Of a stretch of 64,000 nt of DNA, positions 41,225-50,597 are shown piece after piece (position 1 is the first letter of the stretch; every line of letters begins with the position of its first letter). The notes under the pieces were generated by a model. That model made no database searches. It saw only the letters and a list, made by a program, of their open reading frames with translations, and was not told the DNA's origin. Position numbers and translations under genes: made by a program. Origin of the DNA: Nitrospirales bacterium (lineage in GTDB: Bacteria; Nitrospirota; Nitrospiria; Nitrospirales; UBA8639). The stretch covers positions 192,001 through 256,000 of the forward strand of contig CBDCWC010000002.1 of NCBI GenBank assembly GCA_965223295.1, written 5' to 3'.

Positions 41225-41963
41225 TGTGTGGGGTGATCACCGTGAATATGAAAGATCAATGCCCTGAAGAACCACGCGATAAGTAGCAAAGGAGACGCGA
41301 GGTGTCAATGATATCAAGCAATCGGCTCGTAAAAATAAACGGGATGCAGCAAAAAATAGTCCCATTAATCATTTTATCTTATTTGTTGCCTTCACTTTTA
41401 CTACAATCTTGGAGATTTGAAAACGCACTTCCCACTGATCTTTATCAAAATACGTTGAAATATCATTCTTAAAGCCTGCCTTAGCGCCTCTCTATTGTAT
41501 TTATGCTTCGAATACCCTGCTAGGCCTCAAGCTTTTGAATTGATGAATCACTCTTGTTAGCGATTGGTCTCAAGCTGGCAAGATCTTAGTCGAATCCGCA
41601 CTTGTTTCCTGAGCGCTGGGACGAGGTCGTTTGTGAACTAAGGATTTCTTTTTAGCCACGTATTATTGTGTGGGCTAAGATGGGGAACCACACTGCGGGT
41701 TCAGGTTCACGTCCAAGAGATAGATGATTGTTAAATAGGATAGAGGTGTTCTGTCCCGATGCATTTTAGGAAAAACACAAAGACTGCAATTTTTTGATTG
41801 ATAGAAAATTATATAAATACAGAAATAATTCATTGAGAACGATTCACGCCAATTAATGGATAGATTTGTTCGGTGAAGGATGGGAGTAAGATTTAAGTTG
41901 AATCTGCCCAAGATTGCCCTTTCTATACTTTACTTGCATCGAGAGCTCTTATGTAGGCACATC

Positions 41964-42515
41964 TCATTCTTCTTCGTCTTTTCCTTGCATACGTGTGATG
42001 AACTCACGCACATCCGGCGGTGCATTGCTGAGAAGCTCTTCATCTGTTTGAAAAGGTTTTTCTTTGAGGAAATCAGGGCCTTGCTCTTCCTCGAAAGGTG
42101 CGCCTGAGTCTTTCCCTTCCAACTCAGTCAAGACAATTTGAGTTGGAACGGCCGTGATATTTGTCTCCTCAACGCCCATTCGACGTGAGACAACTATGAG
42201 GCTTTTGACTGTGCCAGTTATTGGGTCTTTGCTCAAGGCATAATTCCATCCATTTAAGAGACGGCCAAGCCCCAATTCAAGAGGTATTTCTTCAAAGACT
42301 GCAGAAATCGTCGCTTCCGTATATTTCGATGTAGTGAAAACGGTAACATTGATCCCCGCTTCCACCTCGATCTGATTCATTACATTTGCAAGAGACGTGT
42401 TTCTGAGATTTGCGGAAAGTTTTTGTCCGTTTACACGGACTTCCGCATGGCTATCGAATGCGAAGAGTACCCATATTGTGAGTGGTACTACCCATATGAG
42501 GACAAGTTTTTTCAT
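41964..42515 (-). CDS. Secreted protein with STN/secretin-N0-like domain
   Basis: LSANLRNTSLANVM...ISAVFEEIPLELGLGRLL..NYAL; acidic tail. Confidence 0.6.
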   Translation of the reverse strand: MKKLVLIWVVPLTIWVLFAFDSHAEVRVNGQKLSANLRNTSLANVMNQIEVEAGINVTVFTTSKYTEATISAVFEEIPLELGLGRLLNGWNYALSKDPITGTVKSLIVVSRRMGVEETNITAVPTQIVLTELEGKDSGAPFEEEQGPDFLKEKPFQTDEELLSNAPPDVREFITRMQGKDEEE

Positions 42516-42674
42516 AAGATCGAATATTCCCTTAGTTTAAGGTGAGATAACCATGCAATAAAGTAAAAACAGAAAGCTCCGCCCCTTATGGACATCGTGA
42601 AGTTTTTGATGTTGTGCAGTAATCCTGGCATCCTCTGGCCGGTGCTTACCACGGCCAGAGGATAATCAGTTTTT

Positions 42675-43205
42675 TTAGTTGTTGTTGTTCTCCCATGCTG
42701 AATAGGATACAACCGTGAATGCTCCTACGCCTCCAATTCTTTGGGGTAGCCTACATCTTACATTGTATACTCCTCCGCTTCCGTCATAATTCATATTCAT
42801 CAAAAACACATCGCTATTTCCGCCGAAAAATTCTTCACTATTTCCTGACTCAGAATGGACAAGGTCTCCATTGAGGCCTCGGACATACGCTGTACAGGAG
42901 ATCGTGGCTTCATCACTTTGGTCTTTGACATCAATAATGACAGAGCTGAGTTTCCCACCCGATAAGGTATATGGAATCGGACAATACACAGTCAGGGATT
43001 GCGTGGTACTCTGGTTGTAAGCGCCAGATGAGGTATACCTGATATCGTTTACGCTGGAGCCACCGAAGGGTTGACACATTGTTCCAGGGTACGTCGTGAC
43101 CGTACTTTCAGCCAAGGCTGTTGCACCTTCTACGATACTGACGATCATCATCATTCCTATTACTCCATAGAACAATTTGGACACTGGTTTGAGATATTTT
43201 CTCAT
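42675..43205 (-). CDS. Secreted Cys-containing beta-rich hypothetical protein
   Basis: Signal peptide ending ALA; YPGTMC, VYCPI, ISC, VRC; GGGAG RBS. Confidence 0.7.
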   Translation of the reverse strand: MRKYLKPVSKLFYGVIGMMMIVSIVEGATALAESTVTTYPGTMCQPFGGSSVNDIRYTSSGAYNQSTTQSLTVYCPIPYTLSGGKLSSVIIDVKDQSDEATISCTAYVRGLNGDLVHSESGNSEEFFGGNSDVFLMNMNYDGSGGVYNVRCRLPQRIGGVGAFTVVSYSAWENNNN

Positions 43206-43313
43206 GATAGCACTCCCTTTTTTCTCGATCCTTAGTCGATCGATCAGTTAGATAGTTGTTTAAAAGATCTTTTCCCTTCAGATCTGCTTTGTGTGCATGC
43301 AAAATTACCTTAG

Positions 43314-43330
43314 AGCACAGATCATGCCAG
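43314..43330 (-). promoter_or_regulatory. Sigma-54 -24/-12 promoter
   Basis: Minus strand CTGGCATGATCTGTGCT, correct GG-N10-GC spacing, about 110 bp upstream of 43205. Confidence 0.65.
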
Positions 43331-43938
43331 TATTGGGCAGACGTTATAGGATGCAAATATTTTGTCTGTAAATAAGGATGTTTGTGACTTTTGCCTGATC
43401 GGAAATCCATCAATGCATGATAGCTGGCAACCTCAAGATGTATCTGAACGAACAGAATTTGTATAACAAAAGGTACAGATTGTTCAGGCCTGTCTTAGAA
43501 TTTTGGCCGTGGCCATCCCATTCGCTAGTGGAGAATGATTGTCATGGGCCCTGTGATTTCTGAGTCTGATGGAATCTAGATTGACCGCACCAATAAGATC
43601 TCAATAATTGCGAAAGCAGGACAGTCCAATATGTATAAGGAGATAGAGGTCCCGAAGCAATCCGGGGAAATATATTGATTAGAATCCAGATATGACCATT
43701 GATTTTTTGAGATGAGTCAAGAAGTCGAGGGAGTAAGGCCATGAAAAACATGATAAGTTTGTCTGTGTCTATGTGATGAGAGAAATTTACACTTACCGCT
43801 TTTGGCCTCCTTCTGGGTCTCTTTCCTCAATCATCTTCAATATATCCATAGAGAGGGCGGGTGTGTTAAGTAAATATTACAGTTCTTATTAGGATTGTCG
43901 TGAAAGTAAAATATCGAAAAATTGAGGAGGACATGTGA

Positions 43939-45183
43939 ATGGCAACGATTGCACCGTTTCGTGCTGTGAGACCGAAATCTGAGTTGGCCGCTCAAGTGGC
44001 AGCTCCACCCTATGACGTGGTGTCATTGAAAGAAGCGCGCGCTTTGGCAGAAGGAAATCCCCACTGCTTTCTTCGTATTGGGCGGGCCGAACTTGAGTTG
44101 AAGGATGACGTTGACTCGTATTCGGCCGAAGTCTATCAACGCGGTGCGGACAATTTACAAAAATTGATAAAGCAAGGGGTGTTGGTACAAGAACCCCAAC
44201 CTCTCTTGGGCGTTTACCGGCAGAGATGGGGACAGCATGAACAGACGGGTATTGTAGCTCTGGCTTCCGTAGACGAGTATGACAAAGGCATCATTAAAAA
44301 ACATGAATTTACCAGACCGGTCAAGGAAAACGATCGAGTAAAGATTATCGAAACCCATGAATCGCAATCTGGGCCAGTTCTTCTCTTTTTTCGACAAACG
44401 GCCCATATCGGTAAATGGCTCAAAGACGTAACAGATACGAACCCAGATGTGCAGTTTGTGGCGGATGATCAGGTTGAACACACGGTATGGAGCGTACGGA
44501 AGGATTCGGCGATTCAACAAGTCATCAAAGATTTTCAGGACATTCCAGCTCTCTATATTGCTGATGGCCATCATCGTTCGGCAGCAGCGTCCCGTGTGCG
44601 GGAGTCTCGCGGCCATTCAAGCGCGTTGCCTGCTGGGAGCCACGAAGAAGGATTTTTGGCGGTCATCTTTCCGCATGACCAATTGCAAATCCTTCCCTAC
44701 AATCGAGTGGTTCGAGATTTGAACGGACTCACGCCCAAAGGATTGATTGAAAAGTTAGCCACGCACTTTGAGTTACAAGCGACCACGCAACCAGGCGACG
44801 CGCCAGCCGCAGGTTTCGAGATGTATCTGGAAGGGCAGTGGCACCGCGCCACACCCAAACAGGATCCGTCTTTAAACAGTCAGCACGATCCGGTTCGTGC
44901 TTTAGCGGTCTCAGAATTAACGGAGCGCGTACTGGATCCGCTCTTAGGTATCAAAGATCAACGATCCGATCCACGCATAGATTTTGTTGGCGGCATTCGT
45001 GGCACACAGCAACTTGAGGCGTTGGTAGACAGTGGGGACTGGGCAGTGGCATTTTGGTTATATCCCACCACTGTGGATGAACTCATGGCTGTTGCCGATG
45101 CCGATCGTGTCATGCCTCCCAAAAGCACCTGGTTCGAACCCAAGCTCCGTGACGGCCTCTTTGTGCATATGCTAAGGGACTGA
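43939..45183 (+). CDS. DUF1015 family protein
   Basis: APPYDV, IKKHEFTR, YIADGHHR, MPPKSTWFEPKLRDGL. Confidence 0.92.
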   Translation: MATIAPFRAVRPKSELAAQVAAPPYDVVSLKEARALAEGNPHCFLRIGRAELELKDDVDSYSAEVYQRGADNLQKLIKQGVLVQEPQPLLGVYRQRWGQHEQTGIVALASVDEYDKGIIKKHEFTRPVKENDRVKIIETHESQSGPVLLFFRQTAHIGKWLKDVTDTNPDVQFVADDQVEHTVWSVRKDSAIQQVIKDFQDIPALYIADGHHRSAAASRVRESRGHSSALPAGSHEEGFLAVIFPHDQLQILPYNRVVRDLNGLTPKGLIEKLATHFELQATTQPGDAPAAGFEMYLEGQWHRATPKQDPSLNSQHDPVRALAVSELTERVLDPLLGIKDQRSDPRIDFVGGIRGTQQLEALVDSGDWAVAFWLYPTTVDELMAVADADRVMPPKSTWFEPKLRDGLFVHMLRD

Positions 45184-45268
45184 GCTGCGAGCGACTTTCC
45201 TGTCAATGAGGTTCTGGTGGTGACTAGTTAGTTGGTCAGACTAGACAAATATATTAGAACTCTTTCTC

Positions 45269-45496
45269 ATGAAAATCGTTAATGTCTATGAAGCGAAGAC
45301 TCGCCTATCGCAACTTCTGGACTTAGCGGCCTCAGGGGAAAAAGTTGTCATTATCCGTGCCGGTAGGTCAATGGCCAAACTTATTCGTTCCCAAGTATCA
45401 CCCAAATCGGGAAAGCCTGGCTGCTCGAAGGGAAAAGTCAAAATTTCTAAAGATTTTGATCAACTTCCTGAAAATTTTTCTCGAGGCTCGATTTAA
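45269..45496 (+). CDS. Phd/YefM family antitoxin
   Basis: VNVYEAKTRLSQLL..A.SGEKVVI.RAG; GKVKISKDFD. Confidence 0.85.
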   Translation: MKIVNVYEAKTRLSQLLDLAASGEKVVIIRAGRSMAKLIRSQVSPKSGKPGCSKGKVKISKDFDQLPENFSRGSI

Positions 45497-45508
45497 AGAA
45501 GAGGCCGG

Positions 45509-45943
45509 GTGACATTTTTGTTCGATACTCATGTCTTGCTATTAATGGTGGCTATGACTTGTGGCGCTTGTGCTGTAACTCAGAAAGAGCTCAGCGAGGA
45601 GTTGAGTTTTCCTCCTCTTGAGTTGATTGAGCGTAATATTCACCAAACGGATATAACGTTTGTCCTGGCAATAAGAGATGTGCACCGTATTGAAACAATT
45701 GGTTCCTACTCGAGCTGGGAAATCACTGCGAAAGTTCGAAATTCCTTGAAAGGCCATCTTGTTGAAGGAACAACCATTCAATACGATCGAACCATTGAAG
45801 GGAGTTCGCTTGCGCTTCCCATAGGAAGTCTTCATCTCGTCAGTTTTGTCTGGAAAGAAGAACGGTTTGTTATTCCGGACAGCGGGTATCACTTCCCGTA
45901 CTCTCAAAAATTGAGGAGACAGCTTGAGGCGAAATTTCCATAA
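45509..45943 (+). CDS. Chimeric ORF: VapC/PIN N-terminal stub fused to a lipoprotein-like domain
   Basis: Starts FLFDTHVLL (PIN LLDTHxLL motif) directly after phd, then MTCGAC and unrelated sequence. Confidence 0.55.
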   Translation: MTFLFDTHVLLLMVAMTCGACAVTQKELSEELSFPPLELIERNIHQTDITFVLAIRDVHRIETIGSYSSWEITAKVRNSLKGHLVEGTTIQYDRTIEGSSLALPIGSLHLVSFVWKEERFVIPDSGYHFPYSQKLRRQLEAKFP

Positions 45944-46005
45944 TCACTACCAGTGGCTTTGGATAGGTTAGCATTTTCATAAAAATAGTAGCGCAGATCC
46001 GAAGA

Positions 46006-46237
46006 GAGTGGGTTGAATGCGACGACACATCAGAGGTAAATTTTCCCATGATGACGTCAGTTGCCAAGAGTCTCGGGGGCTGTTCAAAAAAATCATCCAG
46101 CAAGGCCACAGCCATTTTTGTGAGCGGAGCGTACTGCCTGTACGTGAGTACCGAAAAAGGCGAGAGCGCTGCTCACGGTCTTTGTAGACTATCGAGTTAC
46201 TTCGGCGGAGTAGGCGGTGGCTTTTTTCAACAGGCCC
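46006..46237 (+). mobile_element. MITE family A copy with nested REP-like insertion
   Basis: Degenerate left arm, intact core and right end; flanks GAAGA/TAAGA. Confidence 0.85.
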
Positions 46238-46256
46238 TAAGAGATAAATTGGTTTA

Positions 46257-46721
46257 ATGGAGAACATACAATGGTCCGTTTTTACCTTTTCGGATTTCTC
46301 TCCGGAGCAACTATATGCGGTGCTGAAGTTGCGCGTGGATGTGTTTGTTGTGGAGCAACAATGCGCGTATCCAGAATTAGATGAATATGATCGGCATCCT
46401 GAGGCCAGGCATCTTTCGGGGCGAAATGATGTTGGGGAATTGCTTGCTTATGCACGCCTTCTTCCACCTGGACTTCGCTATCAGGAAGTAAATCTTGGGC
46501 GAGTTGTGGTGAGAGCGGATTTTCGTAAGCAGGGAGTTGGGCATCAACTGTTACAGAACGCACTAGAAGAGATCTCTGGTTGTTGGCGCAAGACGCCTGT
46601 GAAAATTTCTGCTCAGGAGTATCTTCAGAAATTATATGAACAGTATGGGTTTGTTCGTGTTTCTGATGTATTTTTAGAAGATGGGATTCCTCATGTTGAG
46701 ATGCTGAGGGAATCTGAATAA
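46257..46721 (+). CDS. elaA: ElaA-like GNAT acetyltransferase
   Basis: LRVDVFVVEQQCAYPELD, GRVVV, ISAQEYL, LEDGIPHVEM. Confidence 0.9.
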   Translation: MENIQWSVFTFSDFSPEQLYAVLKLRVDVFVVEQQCAYPELDEYDRHPEARHLSGRNDVGELLAYARLLPPGLRYQEVNLGRVVVRADFRKQGVGHQLLQNALEEISGCWRKTPVKISAQEYLQKLYEQYGFVRVSDVFLEDGIPHVEMLRESE

Positions 46722-46736
46722 ATACTGTTATAGTTT

Positions 46737-46763
46737 GTCATACCCGCGGAGGCGGGTATCCAG
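46737..46763. repeat. REP-like palindrome
   Basis: GTCATACCCGCGGAGGCGGGTATCCAG: GTCA tetranucleotide followed by a hairpin. Confidence 0.65.
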
Positions 46764-46852
46764 AAAACGATAGAGAAGGTTCATTGCCTGTTTTTTCGGA
46801 AAGGATACGCATGGTTTTCATCTGAAAGTTTATTGCTGTTTTCACGACTCTA

Positions 46853-46885
46853 CCCCACCTTAGTCCTCCCCTTACAAAGGGGAGA
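46853..46885. repeat. REP-like element of CCCC..CCTCCCC-loop-GGGGAG type (family D)
   Basis: CCCCACCTTAGTCCTCCCCTTACAAAGGGGAGA; relatives at 60449 and 61222. Confidence 0.6.
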
Positions 46886-46911
46886 AACTTGAATCAAAAT
46901 ACTTTAAACTG

Positions 46912-48060
46912 ATGAATAATTTATCTCTTGGTAAATTTTCGATTGAAACATTTTTGGCTGAGTATTGGCAGAAGAAGCCGTTGTTGATTCGGCAGGCGTT
47001 GCCTGGGATTCAGCCGGTAATTGCGGCTGACGAACTAGCCGGTCTTGCTTGTGAGGAGGAAGTCGAGTCACGGCTGATTATTCAGAATGCCGAGACTGAT
47101 GAGTGGACATTGACTCATGGGCCATTTGTGGAGGCCAATTTTTCTGAGTTGCCTAAAACTCATTGGACCCTACTAGTCCAGGCCGTCGATCATTGGGTGC
47201 CCGTTGCTGCGGATTTTCTTGCACAGTTTTATTTTATCCCCAGTTGGCGGGTCGATGACCTGATGGTCAGCTATTCTGGGGACAAAGGCGGCGTCGGGCC
47301 GCATTATGATAATTATGATGTCTTTTTGGTGCAGGTGAGCGGACGGCGGCAATGGGAAGTGGGCGGACTGTATGACGAAACCTCACCTTGTCGGCCTGAT
47401 GTGCCTCTGAAGATTTTGACTGAATGGGAGCGTCAAGAGTCTTGGGTGTTGGAGCCGGGTGACATGCTCTATGTGCCTCCCCGTGCCGGGCATAGTGGAG
47501 TTGCGGTGGGAGAGAATTGTATGACCTACTCAGTGGGATTCCGCGCCCCGTCTCACCGGGATCTTTTGCTCGATTTTCCTGAATATGTTGGGGAACAGCT
47601 CAGCGAAGATGTGCGCTATGCGGATCCTGACTTGGTTCCTCACGACAATCCCGGACACATGACTCCTGATGCCGTCACAAAAGTTCAGAGGATCTTATCT
47701 CACTACGTTGATGATTTTGAAAATGTCGCTCAATGGTTTGGCCGATATATGACAGCTCCGAAATATGCTGAGGATGATACACCTCAGGAGGAGTTGAGTT
47801 TAGAAGATGTTCGTGGACACGTAGCAACCGGAGGGATGCTGATTCGAAATGAAGGTTCCCGGTTTGCGTTTCAGGAGTATGGGACGAATGTGTGGTTGTT
47901 TGTTGAAGGCCGACAATATACCTGTCATGAATCAATGACTGGCTTTGTCAAGGCCTTATGCGCCGAACGAACATTCTCTGATGTTCTTGGCCGGTCGAAA
48001 GAACAAGATTCGTTAATTCTTGATTTGTTAAATCATGGCAGTCTTTATCTTTCTGACTGA
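46912..48060 (+). CDS. roxA: JmjC/cupin ribosomal protein uL16 3-hydroxylase (RoxA/YcfD)
   Basis: YWQKKPLLIR, WTLLVQAVD, GVGPHYDNYDVFL, YSVGFRAP. Confidence 0.9.
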   Translation: MNNLSLGKFSIETFLAEYWQKKPLLIRQALPGIQPVIAADELAGLACEEEVESRLIIQNAETDEWTLTHGPFVEANFSELPKTHWTLLVQAVDHWVPVAADFLAQFYFIPSWRVDDLMVSYSGDKGGVGPHYDNYDVFLVQVSGRRQWEVGGLYDETSPCRPDVPLKILTEWERQESWVLEPGDMLYVPPRAGHSGVAVGENCMTYSVGFRAPSHRDLLLDFPEYVGEQLSEDVRYADPDLVPHDNPGHMTPDAVTKVQRILSHYVDDFENVAQWFGRYMTAPKYAEDDTPQEELSLEDVRGHVATGGMLIRNEGSRFAFQEYGTNVWLFVEGRQYTCHESMTGFVKALCAERTFSDVLGRSKEQDSLILDLLNHGSLYLSD

Positions 48061-48069
48061 AAGCGCGTT

Positions 48070-48504
48070 CTAAAGTGGGATTTTTCGAGGTTGAGACAGG
48101 TCCTCATACGAGAGGATACGTCGATGGCCGACTTCATCAAGCTGGATCACCATTTCAATAGATGTCCCTTTTTCTATCGTTTCCAACTTTTTATATTGTT
48201 CGGGATCCAGCGGATAGACCAATAGCGTCGTCCCATCAGGCACCAATTTCCAACCAGTATTGAATAACGGACGATCATCTGACCGTTGTTCCTAATTGAG
48301 CCAGATATTCTGTTCGCCCTTGTCGATGTATCGGACAGTGCCTCGTATGCCGGTTGGTTCACGAAAATTCAGAATGTCGGTTAGAAATGTGTCCAGAGGG
48401 TGCGGTTCTGGCTCGAGAGCGGTTGCCGGGATAGAAGGTAGTAGGAGTCCCGGAAGACTGATATATATCAAAAATTGCAGGTAAGAGAATTTCCGACTTC
48501 TCAT
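48070..48504 (-). pseudogene. Secreted hypothetical protein with an internal amber (TAG) codon at 48292-48294
   Basis: Frame stays open 73 codons past the TAG: ...NIWLN*EQRSDDRPLFNTGWKL...QPRKIPL. Confidence 0.65.
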
Positions 48505-48523
48505 AGGGTGCGTTTTTCCTTGC

Positions 48524-49276
48524 TTATAATTGAGTCGCACCACCATCTACGGTCAGGTCAATTCCTGTAATATACGTTGAATCATCTGAACCTAGAAACA
48601 ATACGGCTTTGGCAATTTCTTCTGGTGTTCCCATTCGTTTCATGGGGTTTTGATTTGCAAAGCTGTCTTTCATTTCGGGAACGGCTTCTGCCGGCATCCC
48701 AATTTTGTCAAAGATGGGGGTTTCGATGGGACCCGGAGCAATGGCATTCACGCGTATTTTTTTCTCGAGAAGCTCGGTCGAAAGGGTTCTGGCCAAACTT
48801 CGAACAGCAGCTTTCGTGGCGGCATAAATATTGGTACTGGGAAACCCTTTCTGGTCAGCAATCGAAGAATTGAGGACGATGGAACTTCCTTCATTCATGA
48901 GCGGCACGGCTTTTTGAATATTAAAAAATAGGCCTTTGAAGTTCACATTCACCATGGTATCGAATGTAGCCTCGTCGATAGTGTCATAGGGACCAAAGAT
49001 CGCAATGCCAGCGTTGAGGAATAGTATATCGATCTTAAATCCTGACTGCTGAATTTTTTCATAAAGCTGAACAATGTCCTGAAGATTTCCCGTGTCCGAG
49101 ACGATTCCCTTGCAGGTTCCTCTGATTTCTTTAACTGCGGCATCTACGGCCTCTTGCCGTCTTCCCGTAATAATCACCCTTGCCCCTTCGGCCTGAAGCA
49201 ATTTAGCGGTGGCTAATCCAATTCCGCTATTCCCGCCAGTAATGACAGCGATTTTTTCTTTGAGTTTTAACGACAT
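48524..49276 (-). CDS. SDR family oxidoreductase
   Basis: TGGNSGIG, NAG, YAATKAA, NAIAPGPI, DGG. Confidence 0.93.
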   Translation of the reverse strand: MSLKLKEKIAVITGGNSGIGLATAKLLQAEGARVIITGRRQEAVDAAVKEIRGTCKGIVSDTGNLQDIVQLYEKIQQSGFKIDILFLNAGIAIFGPYDTIDEATFDTMVNVNFKGLFFNIQKAVPLMNEGSSIVLNSSIADQKGFPSTNIYAATKAAVRSLARTLSTELLEKKIRVNAIAPGPIETPIFDKIGMPAEAVPEMKDSFANQNPMKRMGTPEEIAKAVLFLGSDDSTYITGIDLTVDGGATQL

Positions 49277-49354
49277 CAATTCTTTCCTTTCACATGATAA
49301 AGAAGCCTTAAAAGACCTAGTGTCATAGCAAATACGGTTGCCGAGGTGCAATTA

Positions 49355-50290
49355 TCATAGGTCCCACTCATCTTCTTGCCATCGTTTCTTAATAGCTGAA
49401 GTCCTTCTTCGCTGTTTCGTATAGGCCCATAAGGCCAGCAGTGTGATCGTGAGCCACACCACGCTAGGACTCGTCGCGACCGGGACCCACCGATTCCAGA
49501 TTGTCTGTCGACTCCAAAAACGTTCTTCGGCCTGTGTGAGGGACATAGCAGTCGTTTGGGCAAAGGCTTCAGAAAAGGACAATCCTAGTCTGACCTTTGC
49601 CAGAATACGTTTGGGGACTTGCTGGTGAGTGCGTTCCAAAAGATCTAGAATAAAGGCATAGGCCAAGACATAAGCGTACCGGACTGACGTATCGTCTTTA
49701 ATAAAGAGCTGATTCAATTCCGCCAGCGAAACCTGTGTGCCGGAGACCATAGCCCATATTAATCTTGCTCGATCTTCAAAATCCCATGTTCGGGCGGCCA
49801 GCATTGCCAATCCTTCGTCAAACCATCGGGGGAGTGGTTGGCCGCCTGCTGCCCGGTAGGCCAGGATATGTCCGACTTCATGCAAAAATACCTGGTTGAG
49901 TGAATCATTCGGATAACTCAAACTTCGGTCCGTAAGAAGGACGATAGTCGATGCATGACTTAGCGCGTAGCCGGACATCCAATCTGCCGCTTCCTGGGCT
50001 GCGGGAGAGTTGTCTGGCGTCAGAATGACTCGAATGGCAGGCCCAGGATGTTTGAGACCCATAAGACTCATCATTCTCTCAAATGTGAAAGGATTAGTTC
50101 TCCCTAAGCGAGCCGCTATTGGTTGTAATGCGTCTGATGCTTCAAAGATAAATTCTAGAGAGGGGGCTCCAAGGAGGATCCGAGGAAATATGGGCATTAA
50201 GATGATTGTGAACAGCCCTATCTGCAATAGACGATACGTTGTTAGGCCATACCATCCGTAACCATTCAATTGTTTGTGACAACAACCCAT
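49355..50290 (-). CDS. Peptidase MA-like zinc metallopeptidase domain protein
   Basis: HEVGH, PRWFDEGLA; C-terminal TM; true start uncertain. Confidence 0.8.
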   Translation of the reverse strand: MGCCHKQLNGYGWYGLTTYRLLQIGLFTIILMPIFPRILLGAPSLEFIFEASDALQPIAARLGRTNPFTFERMMSLMGLKHPGPAIRVILTPDNSPAAQEAADWMSGYALSHASTIVLLTDRSLSYPNDSLNQVFLHEVGHILAYRAAGGQPLPRWFDEGLAMLAARTWDFEDRARLIWAMVSGTQVSLAELNQLFIKDDTSVRYAYVLAYAFILDLLERTHQQVPKRILAKVRLGLSFSEAFAQTTAMSLTQAEERFWSRQTIWNRWVPVATSPSVVWLTITLLALWAYTKQRRRTSAIKKRWQEDEWDL

Positions 50291-50378
50291 CCGTTTGTCT
50301 AGCAGAGTGATTTCATTGAGACCATTAGAAACATCATATTTCTGAACAACTCAGGTTGAGCAAGCGAAGGTGTGGAAG

Positions 50379-50569
50379 GGGACCGTTGAGTAATGAAGAT
50401 ATCAAAAGCCATATTTCGCTATGAAGCCCTTGGCGATCAACAACCTCGGGTCTGTTCAAAAAAGTTCGTCCAGCAAGGCCACAGCTATTTTTGCGCGCGG
50501 AGCGTCCTGGCACGACGTGAGCACGGAAAAATGGCGAGAACGCGGCTGGCGGCTTTTTTCAACAGACCC
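50379..50569 (+). mobile_element. MITE family A copy
   Basis: Full-length; perfect TSD GGAAG. Confidence 0.93.
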
Positions 50570-50597
50570 GGAAGTACGAAAATGAGGCAGAGACGGC

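Noticed and set aside
41230-41960. Possible gene remnant in a long AT-rich spacer
   Set aside because: Only short, stop-ridden frames with no recognisable motif.
48292-48294. Pyrrolysine or genetic-code reassignment
   Set aside because: TAG terminates many clearly complete genes in the window, and no pyl genes are seen.
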